Source: the human T2T-CHM13v2.0 reference genome, Homo sapiens. From it: 64,000 nt of DNA. Positions 27,215 through 49,833 of the stretch are shown here, in pieces. The notes under the pieces were generated by a model. The model was not told the origin of the DNA and made no database searches. It was given only the letters and a program-made list of their open reading frames with translations. The stretch lies in NCBI RefSeq assembly GCF_009914755.1, contig NC_060939.1; one strand, written 5' to 3'. How positions within the stretch are numbered: position 1 is the stretch's first letter; each line of letters begins with the position of its first letter. A program made the translations under genes and the position numbers.

Positions 27215-27725
27215 TTTGGATTTTAAAAACAGTTTCACTGAGATATCATTCACATTTGAGAGAGTTCAACCATTTAAAATGTACAACTGAGTATCTATTA
27301 GTATATTCACAGCATTTTCATCACCCTGAAAAGCAACCCCACATCTCCTAGGCATGACTGCAGCCTTCCTCCATGTCCCTCCACCTACCCGTGTTGTAGG
27401 CAACCACCATCTATCTACTTTTGTCTCCATATATTTACCTGTTCTGTATATTTCGTATACATAGCGTTATACAATATGTAGTCCTTTGTGACTGGCTTTT
27501 TCACTTAGCATAATGCTTTCAGAATTCATGCATGTTTTAGCACACATGAGTAGTTTATTTCTTCTTATAGTTAAATGATGTACTATTCCATGGCTATACT
27601 GGTTTTCCATTCATTCATCAGTTGATGGACCTTTAAGTTAGCTTCCACTTTTTAGCTATTATGAACAATGCTGCTGCGAACATTCACTTACAGGTTATTA
27701 TGTGGACACGGGTTTTTATTTCCCT
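27215..27725 (-). mobile_element. Ancient L1M 3' fragment
   Basis: TGTGACTGGCTTTTTCACTTAGCATAATG..CCATTCATTCATCAGTTGATGGAC..GCTATTATGAACAATGCTGCT. Confidence 0.75.
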
Positions 27726-28811
27726 GCCATTGGACTTTATCCTCAGAGTTAATTGGGCAGATTTCAGCACTTGTCTTGCTCATGCTATCCTTTCTGCCTT
27801 CTCAGTTTCTGTTCATCTAGCCTCATTCACTCAGACGTGGCAGACAATTTATTGTTTTCATGAAGCTTTCTCTGACTGTTCTCTCGTTGACCTTATGTGT
27901 TAGCAATCATTGTCTAGTCTGTGCAGAAAAACTTAGTCCTTAATTTTACATGGCTTTTATTTTTTTATGGAAGATAATTTTCTCTCATTATAAATTTGCT
28001 TAATGGGGGAATAGTATATAATATGTATGTCACCTATCCTTGCATACATTGAAAATATTTTAGCTTAGAAGTTTGTAGCATAGAATTCAATACTTCTTTA
28101 TACCATACCAATTATTTCTTCTTTGAGACCTTGACACAGTAAGGTTTATATTCTAAGTGTATTTTTAGCAATTAAATATCAAAGCCAACCCAATTAGTCT
28201 AATACAGGAGACTCGTTCAATCACATGTTTATGTTTTTCTCTCTATGAAAAAGAATCTAAATTGGCCTTTTTTCACTATGCAGCAGAACTGTGTTTCTGG
28301 ACCTCTACCAGTTTGTCAGCTGAGCAGTTCTGGCTGCAGCTTGTCTGTTGACGGATAGCACAGCCCCTCTATCTGAGTGCTCAGCAGAGTGCTTGTGAAG
28401 GCAGCACCACAGCAACAGTTGCTCAGAGCGAACGGATTCAGGAGCCTCAATTTAGCAATAGAGTCCAGGGTTTTCAGCTCAGTGTCTTTAGCCTGTCTCT
28501 GCTGGTCATGTCAGTTATGTTCTATTCAATCCAGGAGGTGCTGTTTACGTTGTAGTACATATATAGTCACTGCCTAATGAGTCATACAGAGAGAAAAGTA
28601 AGTTATAAATTATGTCCCCCATTTGCTGCAACTCTCAGTGGTAAGAATGACTCAGTGCAGCTATAGGAGAATACTTCCATTGGCATGCCACCTGCCTAAC
28701 TTACACAATTTTGTTAAGATATGCAATAAAATTATTATGCTAATAGCAAATATTTTATGTAGCTCACTATGTTCCACGTAGTCTTCTAAGTGCTTCATGT
28801 TAGTCCCAAGT

Positions 28812-29096
28812 TAAACACCTGGTTTTGGAAGGCTGAGGCAGGAGGATCGCTTGAGCCCAGGAGTTTGAAACCAGCCAGAGCAATATGGTGAGACCCGGTC
28901 TCTAAAAAAAAAAAAAAAAAAAAAAATTAAACACTTAGCTGAGGCATGGTGATGCATGCCTATAGTCCCAGCTACATTGGGAGGCTGTGGTAGGAGGGTC
29001 ATTTGAGCTTGGAATATTGAGGCTGTAGTGAACGGTGATCAAGCCACTGCACTCCAGGCTGGGTAACAGAGGGAGACTCTGTCTCATAAATAAAAC
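28812..29096 (+). mobile_element. Alu (AluJ-like) with a long internal poly(A) linker
   Basis: Left arm, ~24-nt A run, right arm. Confidence 0.8.
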
Positions 29097-29483
29097 ATTT
29101 TCTATAGATTCCCATAAAAGTGAGTTAGACATCAGTCATAGAATTATTAGCCACTTTGATGTCTACCTTGGGAGTAAAACATATAATAAGGGGCAGCTTT
29201 AAACCATCTCAATCAATAGCCTCCAACTTCTTGAGAAGGTTCTTATTTCATGAACTTCTAAACAAGAGACTACCTGGATTAAGACATTTGGTGGACACCA
29301 TTTTGAGATGAAGAATCTTGAGTGAGAAGAAGGGAGATCTCTACTTACTGAAGCTTCCCAATGACATAGTTAAGTGTCCCCCAAAAGAAACTTTAGAACA
29401 AGACTTTCATCATGCCACATCTCTATGGAAAAGGAATTTCTTTAAAAGAAAATAAAGGCAAACAATTGATAATCTGATTCTCA

Positions 29484-29948
<465 letters not shown>

Positions 29949-30182
29949 TCAAAGTAACATTAATGAGAACCAACATAAAATAGACAAGATTCACTATCTA
30001 CAAAAGTAATCTGCACCAATTAGCAATGTATGAGCATGTGGTTGAGAATATTGTCTATAATATGTGTACTAGAACGAAGAGACCTCAAGAAAATGGTCAG
30101 AGCTGGAAATGTAGATTTGGGAATCTAGGTCAAAGTTTTGAGATTTTAGGAGTCCTGAGAGAATTTAAAAAGAGAATTAGCC

Positions 30183-36188
<6,006 letters not shown>

Positions 36189-36914
36189 CAGAGGGAGCAT
36201 TTGGTCACTGCTCTGCTGAGTACAGCAGGATAAAGTCCTTCATGACCCTTGGACTTTTTTATTGGGATTATTAAAAATCAGATTTCAGTATAAAAAACAC
36301 CATAATTGATGAAAAATAGATTTCTGAATGAGACCATGTGCCATAGAGTCTAATGGAAGGGGAGAAACACGATAATAGAAAAGCCACAAAAAGTAGACAA
36401 AAGTTGTTTTTATTATAGAAAAATATACTTTATTTAAAGAGAAATGGTTAAGAGAAAGGGAAAAACTGAAACCTATGGGTGAATACTTAGAATGACAGTA
36501 TTTAGCTCAACCTGAAGACAGATGAGGATGAAAAATGTAATGGGAACTAGATAAGAGTTTTTTAAAAATTGTCTTAGTAAGATGTAATTTAAGAAAACTT
36601 GGAATATCTTAAACTATTAAAGACAATATTTCTAGAGCATGTTTAAAAACTAAAATGTAAATATAACTGCTCTTTTTTTTTAACTAACCCTTAGTATTTT
36701 GAGTGTAAAAACCCTCATTTGTAACAAACATTGTTGGCAGTTTAAATTTCAGAAAAGATAACGATGAAAATTTGAAACACTTATAGCAGTTTTAAGAAAA
36801 GTGACTATTTTTGAGATCTGCCCTTATTGGCATCAGGTTTACAAAATGCACTTTATACACCTGCTTAAATACATATTACTCATCCACTTATGAGAAATAA
36901 TATTTTTGAGATAA

Positions 36915-37106
<192 letters not shown>

Positions 37107-37317
37107 TAACCACTTATTAATTGATTTAACTCTAATTTTACTTGACTAAAACCTAGATACAAATTCATTTTAAGTTTGCATTTTCATAATTAAATGAATT
37201 CTATTTTAAAATGTATTTCAGAAACTCACAGCACAACTTTTTAGATATGTGTGTCATGGGGGCGGGAGTCAGCTGAGCTGCTGGGGCAAGGTGAAATTTT
37301 TTTTGAATGCCAAAATA

Positions 37318-37592
37318 TTTTTTTTTCTTTTTGAGAAAGAGTCTGGCTCTGTTTCCCAGGCTGGAGTGCAATGGCACGGTCTTGGCTCACTGCAACCTAT
37401 GCCTCCAAGCAATTTTCCTGCCTCAGCCTCCTGAGTAGCTGGCATTACAGGCATGTGCCACCACTCCCAGCTAATTTTTGTATTTTTAGTAGAGATGGGG
37501 TTTTGCCAATTTGATCAGGCTGGTCTTGAATTCCTGACCTCGTGATCTGCTGCCTCGGCCTCCCAAAGTGACGTGAGCCACCATGCCCGGCC
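37318..37592 (-). mobile_element. Alu (AluS-like, internal deletions)
   Basis: Antisense Alu dimer. Confidence 0.88.
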
Positions 37593-38485
37593 ACTTATTC
37601 TTTCATGATTTTGAAAACAATGACCAAGCCTTGGACATATAATGTCCAGTGCACTCTTCATTATCTAGTTTGAATTTTTATTTCTGAAGATATGTTTTGC
37701 TGTCTGTGGTCATTTTTTCTTCCTTTTGTAGTACCCTCTGCTGCATTCAAATTCCTTAAAGAAGACTTGTTTGTGTCATTCTTTAACATCAAATTTATCT
37801 TGATATGTAGCTTATATTTTGTTTCTGCTTCTTTTTCTTTTAGATATAAAACATATCATGGAAATTTACTCATTGTAGATGAGTACCTCTGTTGTATACA
37901 TGAAGTATACATGTTATTAAACTTGTTTTACATAAATAAATTTCATATATATAAATATATGTATAACTTGAAGAAAAAGTAAAATGAACATTTATGTTTT
38001 GATCACAGATTTTTTTTAAAACAACGGAATCTGTCTTTGAAGCCTTGAACACAGCTACTTTTCTATTTATTTACTGAGCACTTAATTTGGTTTTCTGATT
38101 CGAATCAACATTTTTCTGTCATTGCCTTTCTCTACATGGTTTTGTGTCTGTTTAATTTTGTTGACATTATGTCAGCAAAGATGTCTAGATCTCTTCTTCA
38201 AAGTCTTTAAATCGTCACACATCTCTCCGCCCCTTTCCTTTTTTCTAAAACTGCCTGTTTCCTTTTTCTCTTCAACTCAGATATTAAAGATGTTTTCTTC
38301 TCTTTTTCTACATTGAAAGATCTCCTTGATGCTTTTTGTGTGTACTTTTTTTTCTCTGATAGACTGTGGTCAATGCATATCAAAATGTATTTTTTGTCTT
38401 TTTCAAACGTATGTGTTTTACTTTTTTATCTTGGTTACTTATCTCTGGGTTATGGCTTATATTTAGTAATAGGTTATTTTACCTA

Positions 38486-38857
<372 letters not shown>

Positions 38858-39069
38858 TTACCTGCCATATATGACATAAAATTGTTCTTCATATTATTTA
38901 TCTAAGATTATAATTTCATATAGAATGCTTTTAAACTATGTTCAGTTGAAACTGAAAGGAACATAGTTTATAGATTTGTTTCCTTGATATGCCATAACAT
39001 ATATTTAAACAATTATTAAATATTTACTCTTAAAAATACTTGACTTACTAATTCTGTACATTTCTGCAG

Positions 39070-39205
<136 letters not shown>

Positions 39206-39214
39206 TAAAAAAAA

Positions 39215-39710
39215 TTATTTTATCTTAAGGTCTAGATTACGTGTGTGAGATGTGCGGGTTTGTTATATAGGTAAACATGTGCCATGGTGGTTTGCTGCAC
39301 CTATCAATCAATCACCTAGATATTAAGCCCTGTGGGCATTAGTTATTGATGTTGATACTCTCCCTCCTGACCCCAACAGGCCCCAGTGTTTGTTGTTCCC
39401 CTCCCCGAGTCCATGTGTTCTTATAGTTCAGCTCCCACTTATAAGTGAGAAGATGCAGTGTTTGGTTTTTTCTTCCTGCAGTAGTTTGCTGAAGATATCA
39501 GCTTCGGGTTCATCCATATCCCTGCAAAGAGCACGATCTCATTCATTTTTATGGCTCCATAGTATTCCATGGTGTATATATACCACATTTTCTTTATCCC
39601 ATTATCACTGATAATGTCCACCTGGGTTGATTCCATGTCTTTACTATTGTGAATAGTGCTGCAGTGAACATACAAATGCATGTATCTTTATAATAGAATA
39701 ATTTATCTTC
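39215..39710 (-). mobile_element. L1PA/L1PB 3' end fragment
   Basis: ORF 39439-39681 (KKMWYIYTMEYYGAIKMNEIVLFAGIWM) plus 3'UTR. Confidence 0.88.
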
Positions 39711-40394
39711 CAATGTATGGTAATTTTAAATCAGTTTTGGTATTAAAAATCATGCATTTTGGAAAATATTGATAATGGAAAAACCCAAATTCTGCCAAAA
39801 TATGTTGATAAAATAGAGGGTAAATATATCTTTTCAAACTTTAAATGCCTCAGGCTCTTAGTTAATCTTCCCCAGATCTGGGAAGACCTAGAAGGGGAGA
39901 GATTGGGCTACCTTAATGAGGGCCATTTCAATCTCTTGGCCTGCAGCAGCCATTTCAAAATACGTCAAAAAATATATTTGGGGGTAAAATATTTTGATTT
40001 CCTTCAGCCTCTTCTCTCTGTGATGCTGCACCAGAATCAGATTAGAAAGGAAGCCACATTATAAGTGTTAATAAAACCCATCTGATGAGATTTGATAGTT
40101 TGAAGGGTGTGTTTCCCAGACCCTTTAGATAGAAATTGGGGCCAAAGAAAACAAGGTCTTATTCCTCTATATAAATCTGTCAGTGCTTTAAGCAGTGAAA
40201 GAAAGATTTTTCATTTAATTTTACAGACTTGATACTAATGAAAAGGATAGCTTGTAAAATATAAATCTCTTTTTCTATAAAAAGGACATGTTGTTGATTC
40301 TCTTAGACCTTGAACCCTGGCCAGTGATTTGAAACCAAGCAGTACCTATCTCCGGATCTCTAGTACCAAATTAATTCGGGGTGGGGGGGTAACA

Positions 40395-42180
40395 GGTTTA
40401 TTGAGAAATAATGAACACACCATGCAATTCACTCATTTAAAGTATACAATTCATTAACTTTAGTATTTTCAGAGTTATGCCGTCATCATTACAATTAATT
40501 TTAGAACATTTTCATCACCCTAAAAACAAACCCCACATCATTTAGCCATCTTCACTAGTTTTCCCTTCCTCCCTCAGCCCTAGGGAACCACCCAGCTTCT
40601 TTGTATAGATTTGCCTATAAGCCTCTGAAATAAAAAGCAAGTGGTCTGCTGGGACTGGCTTATTTCACTTAGCATAATTTTTCATGCTGCATCTGTGCTG
40701 TAGCAGGTATAGATGTCGGGTTTTTGCTCCTTAGTTCAGCTACATCTGGGTTCTTCTCTCGTGACCAGGAAAAATTAAGCATGCAGACACATTGAGGAGG
40801 GCAGAATTTATTATGTGAAAGGACAGCTCTCAGCAAAGAGAGGGGTCCTGCAAACAGGTTTCCACCTCACAATTGAATACCAGGAGCACATGAGCTGAAG
40901 CGGCCAGGCTCCTCCTCTGCATAAGGCGTGAATTCCTGGTGACTCCACCCCATCCCCCCACTGCATGTGGGCCTCCGGTCTGCTGCGGGCATGTCCAGGC
41001 AAGACAAGTCCAGCTTCCCTTATCTGCACATAACATCTGGTGTAAACACTTGTGGAGCTGGTTGGAGATTTTCCGGGCACCCTTCCGTATCTGCCTAGGC
41101 ATTTTGCTGTCTCCTCCTAATACGGTATCTGTACTTAATTTCTTCTTATTGCTGAGTAATAATCCATTGTATGGATACATCAAACATTTTATTTATCTAT
41201 TCGCCAGGTGATGGGACCTTTGGGTTCTCTCCCACCCAAAGGTGACAGACGTTCTGGTTCTTTCCACCTTTTGACTACTATTAATAATGCTGCTGTAAAC
41301 ATTTATGTATGAGTTTTTGTGCTTGTGTATGTTTTTATTTTTCTGGAGTATATACTTATGACTGGAATTTCTGTGTCATATGGTAACTTTATGCTTAACC
41401 CTTTAAGGAGCTGCCAGTTTGTTTTCCAAAGTGGCTGCATCACTTTACATTCCCAGCAGCATTAGTTAAGGGTTTTAATTTCTTTACATTTTTTTCTAAC
41501 CCTCTTTTTTCTTGAACAAAGATTTTATCCTGTGGTGTGAAGTGATACCACATGTGGTTTTGATTTACATTTTCCTAATGACTAATTACATTAAGCATCT
41601 ATTAATGTGCTTATCCATCTTTATATCTGCTTTGCAGATATATCTATTCAAAATCTTTGACCATTTTTTAAAATTGGCTTATCTTGTTATTTATTAATTG
41701 AAAGAGTTATTTATATTTCCTATATATGTAAGTCCCTTATCAGATACACGCTTTTCAAATACTTTCTTCTACTTGGCGTCTTACCTTTTCACTTCTTCAT
41801 ACTGTCTTCTGAGGCACAGCAGTTTTCAATTTTGAAGTCCATTGAATCCATTTTTCCTTTGGAGTCATAGCTAAGAAAACACTGGCAAATGCTGTCACAA
41901 AGATTTATGCCAGTGTTTTCTTCTGAGGGTTTTATAGTTTTAGCTTTTACAGTTAACTATTTTATTTTGAGTTAATTTTTAAATAAGATATTTGGTCGAA
42001 CTTTATTTATTTTTTCTTATGGATACCCAGTTGTCCCAGCACCATTTGTTGAAAAGACTATTCTTTTCCCATTGTGTTCTTTCGTTAAGTTTGTATAAAA
42101 TCAATTGATTGTAAAAGTGCAAGCTTATTTTTAGATTGTGAATTCTTAGCTTCTTTATGTCTATTCTTATGTCAAGGCCC
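40395..42180 (-). mobile_element. Ancient L1MB-like fragment interrupted by an LTR
   Basis: Antisense L1M 3'UTR and ORF2 (ORF 42003-42209 [16 protein letters not shown]). Confidence 0.8.
40711..41124 (-). mobile_element. Solo ERV1 LTR (MER48/LTR21-like) with 4-bp TSD GTAT
   Basis: GTAT at 40707-40710 and 41125-41128 splits the host L1; minus strand has AATAAA and ends GCTGAACTAAGGAGCAAAAACCCGACATCT. Confidence 0.75.
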
Positions 42181-43504
42181 AATCGAATTGAATGAGAAGT
42201 TTTTTTCAATCATGTTTCATATTACCAGTTGTCTTATGTCATAATAAAAATTAAATTTAGTGGAATATCTGTAACTTCACCTTTTGTGTCACAAAGGAGT
42301 CTCTGGCCAGCTTATACCTTACTTCGTCTAAGACATGATCAGACGCCAGGCTTACAAGACACATTTAATTTCTTTTTTTCTCCATTCAAGCCTTTAGTCT
42401 CTTTTCCATTGCCTCCCGCTATAGTTATATTTTCAGTAAGTTTTGGTCGCAGGATCTGCTGACATAGTCTAATATTTAGTGCATTATGTTTTACTAACTC
42501 ATTATAATTCATAGAACCTTCCATAGATGTTTACCATCGAGGAAGGAGAAGTTTAAGTCTGAACCACCAGCTTTCCTCAGTGGAAATCAAGTGAAGTCAT
42601 CATCTTGCAGTTTACAGACCCTCTTTCCTCCTGGTAGCTGGTTCTCTTGGGTAGTACTGTAGCTAATCCTTTTCTTAGTGCAGATCTTGCATTCTCAGAG
42701 ACCACAGTTCCCTGTATTGACCTCCTTTTACTGAAACAGAGATGCACAGCTCTGCTTTCTAGCTCAGTAGAGGATTCTTGGAATAAAACGTTTAACTCAT
42801 TCCAAGAAAAAGTCTTAGGAGTGCAGCACTTCAAAATCAGGTAATGTTCAGGCAATTTATCAGAGACACATAGTAGGTTAGTATTTTGACTTTCAAAATT
42901 TCGGAGCCAAGTTGTGTGCTATAGAGGAGCATTGTGGCATAACATAGAGATGGGATGGTCTTAACTTCTCCATACAAACAAGCTTGGAGTAAGGTAAAGG
43001 AGAAATTGCATTTGATGTCTTAACACTCAAAACACACTATGCTTATTTTACTTCTGTGAAGACTAAAAATCATTCCATAATCTCCTTATTTGCTCATTTA
43101 GAAAAGAAAATGAAAATTGAATACTAGGTTGATTAATAAACACTCAAAGCTTCTTCTTTTAGAATTTTAGTTAATTGAAATCAGGTAAATGTCTGATTTT
43201 GCCTATGTCACCAAGTATCTCTAGTTGTTTTTCAAATCATACATCTTCTTGCTTCCCAATCTTATTTCCTAACTTGAGGGGAAATTGTAAGGAGACATCC
43301 TTGCCTTGTTATCAGAGTTCATAATTGAAGGAGTTTTAGGAAAATTCCTCCTCAGCAGCTTATGTCTCTCTCCTGGTTATCTGCTGCTTCTCAATAATGT
43401 TTGACATCAATAAATAAATCTCAACATTTATTAGATCCTACTTTAAAGGAGACTTTTCTGCTGCATAAGTTATGTTTCCTGTTGTCTCTTTTTAAAAGTT
43501 ATTT

Positions 43505-43900
43505 TTCTAACAATTACCCAGAGTCTTGTGGCTTGAAAGAAAAACATTTATTTTGTTCATGAACCTGTGGTTTGGGAAAAACTTGGCCAGAACAGCTTGT
43601 CTCTGCTCCCTTCAGCTTCCCTAGGAAGAGCTGATCAGTTGGGGAAATGGAATCCTCTGAAGCTTTGGTCACCCACTTGTTTGATGGTTGATGCTGGCCA
43701 TCGGCTGTAAACTTGGTTGGGACAGGCAGCATGAACACTGACACAGGCACTTTCAGGCTCTCACAATTGGGGCTGGGTTCCAAGGGAAAACAGTCTGAGA
43801 TAGGGAAGCCACATGGTATCCCTTTCACTACATTCTACTCATTAGAAGGAAGTCAGTAAGGCTGGCCCATATTCTGCTTTTTAAATGGGATGAATGTAGC
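43505..43900. mobile_element. MLT1-type MaLR LTR remnant
   Basis: GTGGCTTGAAAGAAAAACATTTATTTTGTTCATGAACCTGTGG..TGGTTGATGCTGGCCATCGGCTG resembles MLT1G/H/J. Confidence 0.6.
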
Positions 43901-43909
43901 TTCTCTTTT

Positions 43910-45650
43910 GTTTTAATTGACACATATATACATAATTATGGGCTATAGAGTGATATTTTTATACATGTATATAGTGTGTAATGATCAAGCTAACTAGCAC
44001 ATTTACTACTTCAACCATTTTTCATTTCTTTGAATTGTGAACATTCAAAATCTTCTGGCTTTTTAAAAATATACAATAAGTCGTAGTTAACCATATTCAC
44101 CCTACAATGCCACAGAACACCAGAACCCACTCCTCTTATCTAACTGTAATTCTGTATCCATTAACCAGCCTCACCTCCCCTACTTCTGTGAGCTTTTTTT
44201 TGTTAAGAGACAGGGTCTTGCTAGTGTAGTCTGGGCTCTGGGCAACTGTAGTCACCCAGACTGGAGACAGTGGTTTGATCATAGTTCACTGCAGCCTCAA
44301 ACTCTTGGGCCCATCTGATCCTCACACCTCAGCCTCCTGAGCAGCTGGCATTATGGGCATGCACCATTGCACATGTCTGATTTTTGACTTTGTAGAGATA
44401 TCTCCCTATGTTTCCCAGGGAGCTCTGGAACTTTTGGCCTCAAATGATTCTCTTGCCTTGGTCTTACAAAGAGCTAGGAAATTACAGGCATCAGCCATAT
44501 TGCCCAGCCTTCAATTTTCCTTTAGCTCCCACACATGAGTAAGAATGTGCAGTATTTATCTTTCTGTGTCTGCACTTAACATAACATCCGTCAGACTGAT
44601 CCACGTGGCCACGAATAACAGGATTTAATTCCTTTATACGGTGAATACTATTCCACTGTGTTTGTGTGCCACAGTTTTTCGTCCATTCATTTGGTGATGG
44701 ACATGTAGGTTGATTCCATACACAAGCTGTTGTGGATAGTGCTACAGTAAACATATGAGGACAGGTATCCTTTTGATCTATTGTTTTCTTTTCTATTGCC
44801 TGAATACCCAGTAGTGGGGTTGCTGGATCCCTCGGCAGTCCCATTATTAGTTTTTTTGAGAAAACCTCCTGTTGTTCTCTATAGTGGCTGCACTAATTTA
44901 CCTTCCCACCAACAGCATGTAAGAGTTTACTGTTCTCTGGAGCCTCACGAGCATTTGTTATTTTTTTTGTCTTTTCAATGACAGCAATTTATTCAAATTG
45001 AAGCAAGATTATATCACATTGTAGATTTGATTTGTATTTCCCTGAGGATTAGTGATACTGAGCATTTTAAAATTTATTTATTGGTTATTTGTATTTCTTT
45101 TTCTAAAAAAAAGTATAGTTATATATTTTGCCCAATTTTGAACTCAGATTTTTTTTACTGTGAAGTTGTTTGAGTTTTTTTGTATATTTTGTATATTAGT
45201 CCCTTATTAGGTGAATAGCTTGACAATATTTTCTCCTATTCTACAGGTTTTTTCTTCACTCAGTTGTTTGCTGGACAGAAGCTCTTTAGCTTAATGTAGT
45301 GTCATTTGTCTATGATTTGTTGTTTGCCTATGCTTCTGATGTCTTACCCATAAAAATCTTTGTGCAGACTAATGTCCTCAAACATTTTCCCTATATTTAC
45401 TTAGAGTAGTTTGATAATTTTGGGCCTTATATTTCAGTCTTCAATCGATTCTGAGTTTATGTTGTTATATGGTGTTACATAGGAAGCTAATATCATTCTT
45501 CTCCATATGGATATTTAGTTTTCCCAGTGTCATTCATTTGAAGAGGCTGTCCTTTCCCCAGCGTATGTTCTTGGCATGTTCGTCCAAAATCAGTTGGCTG
45601 GAAATATGTGGATTTATTTCTGGGTGCCGTATTCTATGGTCTTTACCCCA
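43910..45650 (-). mobile_element. L1MA-like 3' fragment containing an Alu (44194-44509)
   Basis: Antisense L1 3'UTR/ORF2 (ORF 44491-44844 LPRDPATPLLGI..DTCPHMFTVALST). Confidence 0.8.
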
Positions 45651-45760
45651 AGAATCATTACTTCTTAAAATGCAATTCAAATTAGCATGAAACATTTGCA
45701 GTTTAAGGAAAGGCTTATAGCATCAGAATCCTTAATCATAGATTTCATTATTTTGTGTTG

Positions 45761-46044
45761 TTTTTTTGAGATAGGGTCTTTGTCTGTCATCCAGGCAGAA
45801 GTGCAGTGATAATAATTCACTGCAGCCCTGAACTCTGGGTACAAGCCATCCTTTTGCCTCAGTATCCCAACTAGCTGGTTCTACAGGCATGAGCCACCAT
45901 GCCCGGGTAATTAAAAAATTTTTTTTTGTAGAGATGGGGGTCTCACTATGTTGCTCTGGCTGATCTCAAATTCCTGGCCTCAAGTGATCTTTCTGCCACA
46001 GCTTTTTAAAGTGCTAGGATTACAGGCATGAGCCACCATGCCTA
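45761..46044 (-). mobile_element. Alu (AluJ-like)
   Basis: Antisense Alu dimer. Confidence 0.85.
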
Positions 46045-46392
46045 ATATAGAGTGTAATATTATTTTCAAAGTCTTATTCCTAGGCCCATTTATTGACTTT
46101 GGCCTAAATAACTCAATATGATATCTCTGAAACTTTTTTTGACATACTGTGGGGAATGATAATGAAGGAAGGGGGTTAGACACTTTTTACTAGGAGATAA
46201 CTTTGTGCCATTTAAGGAGGAACAAAAATGAATTATCGAAAAATAAAAGTAAAATGAAGTACAAAAATTCTGTGGCGAAGATGTTGATAGTAAAGAATAT
46301 ATTTTTATGACTCATGGTAGCTTTAACTTTGTTCTTAAAATTCTGAGTAATTTCAGGGTTCACATTTGAAGAATCTGCTGCATTACAGATAA

Positions 46393-46893
<501 letters not shown>

Positions 46894-47357
46894 TAGAAAA
46901 AAATGGTATCTCTTTTTTCTTTTAAATATTTAAATATCCATTATTATTGTAACAAAATCAATCTTTCAGAGTAATGATTCTCATTATGGAGTCATTTGAT
47001 GATTAAGACCAGTTGGCATAGGAAGAAATTGTGATTTAGAAATTATGTGATAATTATGAATTGGTCTTAAGCTACAGTGTTCATTGATCACTTTTTCAAA
47101 TTACGAATGGATTCTATTACTTTTTATATGACCAGATTACATTAATACTAGCATAATTATGATTTCAAATTTTTACAAATCAGACTTAATTCTGAATTCA
47201 GTTATTAGTTTTGATATTGCTGAAATATTTTAACCTTCAGCCTCTTTTTTAACATATTCAAAAATACTCTTTGAATCACTGACTCAAAATGAAAGGCAAC
47301 AAACATAATAATTAGGTTATAATTGTTTTAAAAGTGTATTCTTTTCCTCTGTTTTAG

Positions 47358-47572
<215 letters not shown>

Positions 47573-48909
47573 TAAGTCAAAACATACACTCATAGAAAAT
47601 GAATTAACCTCATTAATTTGTTTCAAAAGCATAATTTTTAGTGAGATGGCTTCAGGAGATTAGAAGGAAGTGAATGTTAATTTGACAATGTAATTTTGAA
47701 AAATAATGTTAGTAAATAATCTTACCTTTAAAATGTTAGTCAAAGATAGTTTTTGTCTCTCCCCTCATTTTTTTTTTTTTGCTTTTGTATGGCTTTTTTT
47801 CCTGAAAAGTCTCAGGTAATTAACCTGATCTGTTAGTTTTCTTCACTAAGTATTTTTGAAGCTTTATAATTAATGAAGTGATCTTGTTATAAAATTACTT
47901 GTCAGAATTTCCCTAAATAGAAATATTAATGTGTTTAATTTACTTTTCTGTAGATCACAACCTAAATGCAAAGTGGTACTGCTACTCTGGGCACAATTGT
48001 TTTTGATTGTGATCTTTAGTATTATCACCAGAGTGTGCCTCAAGAAAGACTATTTGTGTAACATATTCAAGATGTTACAGAAAGGCACCCTTGTGAAATA
48101 GGGAATAATTATCACAGGAATTTAAAGAAGTGTAATTCACAAAGCGGTTAAAAAATAACACCTTGTTCAGCCTGAAGCGTTGTGTGGAAGGCAGAAAGAA
48201 CATGCCCCACCTCCAGGGCCTTGGTCACAGTGTTGGGGGCTAATTCCCTTCAGAGATGCTTTAGTTCTTTTTGATCACCAACCAGACAATCTAGTTCTCC
48301 CCTAGGAGTTGTTGCTCTGAATTATTCCTCAGTGCCAAATGTGTAATTGGTCCTAGATAATGGGTGAAATGTACAAGAGTGAAATCTAAAACTGGTTTAC
48401 TAAACACAAGTATTCCTAGATTTTTTTTGTTTATTTTAGTTTTCTTCACCTACATTAAGGAGTACAACATTATGTTTTGATATAATTATTTCTAGTGAAG
48501 TGGTTCTTATAATCAAGCAAATCCACATATTCATTTTCCCACATTATTACCCTTTAAATACAAGTATTTCTAATGGAATCTTCAGAATCTTACAAGTAGA
48601 GCCATTTTAGAAGGCAGGAAGTTTTACCTGTTGAGCCATACATCACTGATAGCCATTTCTCTTCCCTGTCTACTTTGTTTGAACTGCTTGTTCAGTAGAA
48701 ATCACCTTAGAAACAATGGTGCTTCTTTAGAATGATTTTAAAATTATAATTCCTTACAACAGGTATGCTCTTACACATCTTCTGTGTGAAAACACTATTT
48801 AGTGGGTAATTTGGTTTACTCTCAGGGTAAGTTTTTAAAAACTGCAAGTCATTAAGAATCATTTAAGGAAAAATGAAATACTAAGCATTTGTCTTTGCTA
48901 TCTTTACAG

Positions 48910-49129
<220 letters not shown>

Positions 49130-49502
49130 GTTAGTTATATGACCGTTTCTCTTTAGGGTTTCATTTCTCTAGCGTAATTCTTGTTTATAATTTGGTGAAA
49201 TACTGAGTTGTTCTGTTGACTTTTGCATGTGAAGTAAAGATCATAATTAGCTGTGTTAACACAGAAAGGAAATGGGAACTTTACATTTTTTAATTCCCTG
49301 GAGCTCTCATTTTCAAGAGATATCCATTTGCTAACTTTATTCAATAAATGTGACTAAACTGAGACGTTTGAAATGTCTTTAAAAGCTGCATTTAAGTTAG
49401 GTTTTAGAAATTGCATGTTATTGCCTGATAACTGATGATATACTTTGAGATGCTTTGGCTTACTCTCTAATTGATTATAGTTTAGCTGTGGTTCATACCA
49501 CA

Positions 49503-49805
49503 TTTTTTTTTTCTTTTTTTTGAGGCAGTATCTCACTCTGTCACCCAGGCTGGAGTGTCTTGGTGCCATCTATCTCCACTCACTGCAAGCTCCACCTCCC
49601 GGGTTCAAGTGATTCTCCTGCCTCAGCCTCCTGAGTAGCTGAGACTACAAGCACCCACCATTACACCCAGCTAATGTTTGCATTTTTAGTAGAGACAGGG
49701 TTTCACCATATTGGCCAGGCTCTTCTTGAACTCCTGACCTTGTGATCTGCCTGCCTGAGCCTCTCAAAGTGCTGGGATTACAGGCATGAGCCACCGCACC
49801 CGGCC
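49503..49805 (-). mobile_element. Alu (AluS-like)
   Basis: Antisense dimer. Confidence 0.9.
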
Positions 49806-49833
49806 CATGTCACTTTTAAAGTTTCTTTGCACC

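Noticed and set aside
28290-28510. GC-richer intronic patch as a snoRNA or extra exon
   Set aside because: No convincing C/D or H/ACA box layout and no family peptide recognised.
42775-42808. Hairpin TTCTTGGAAT..AAACGTTT..ATTCCAAGAA as a miRNA or MITE
   Set aside because: Only 10-bp arms in AT-rich DNA, too short for a pre-miRNA, no TSD; plausibly chance.
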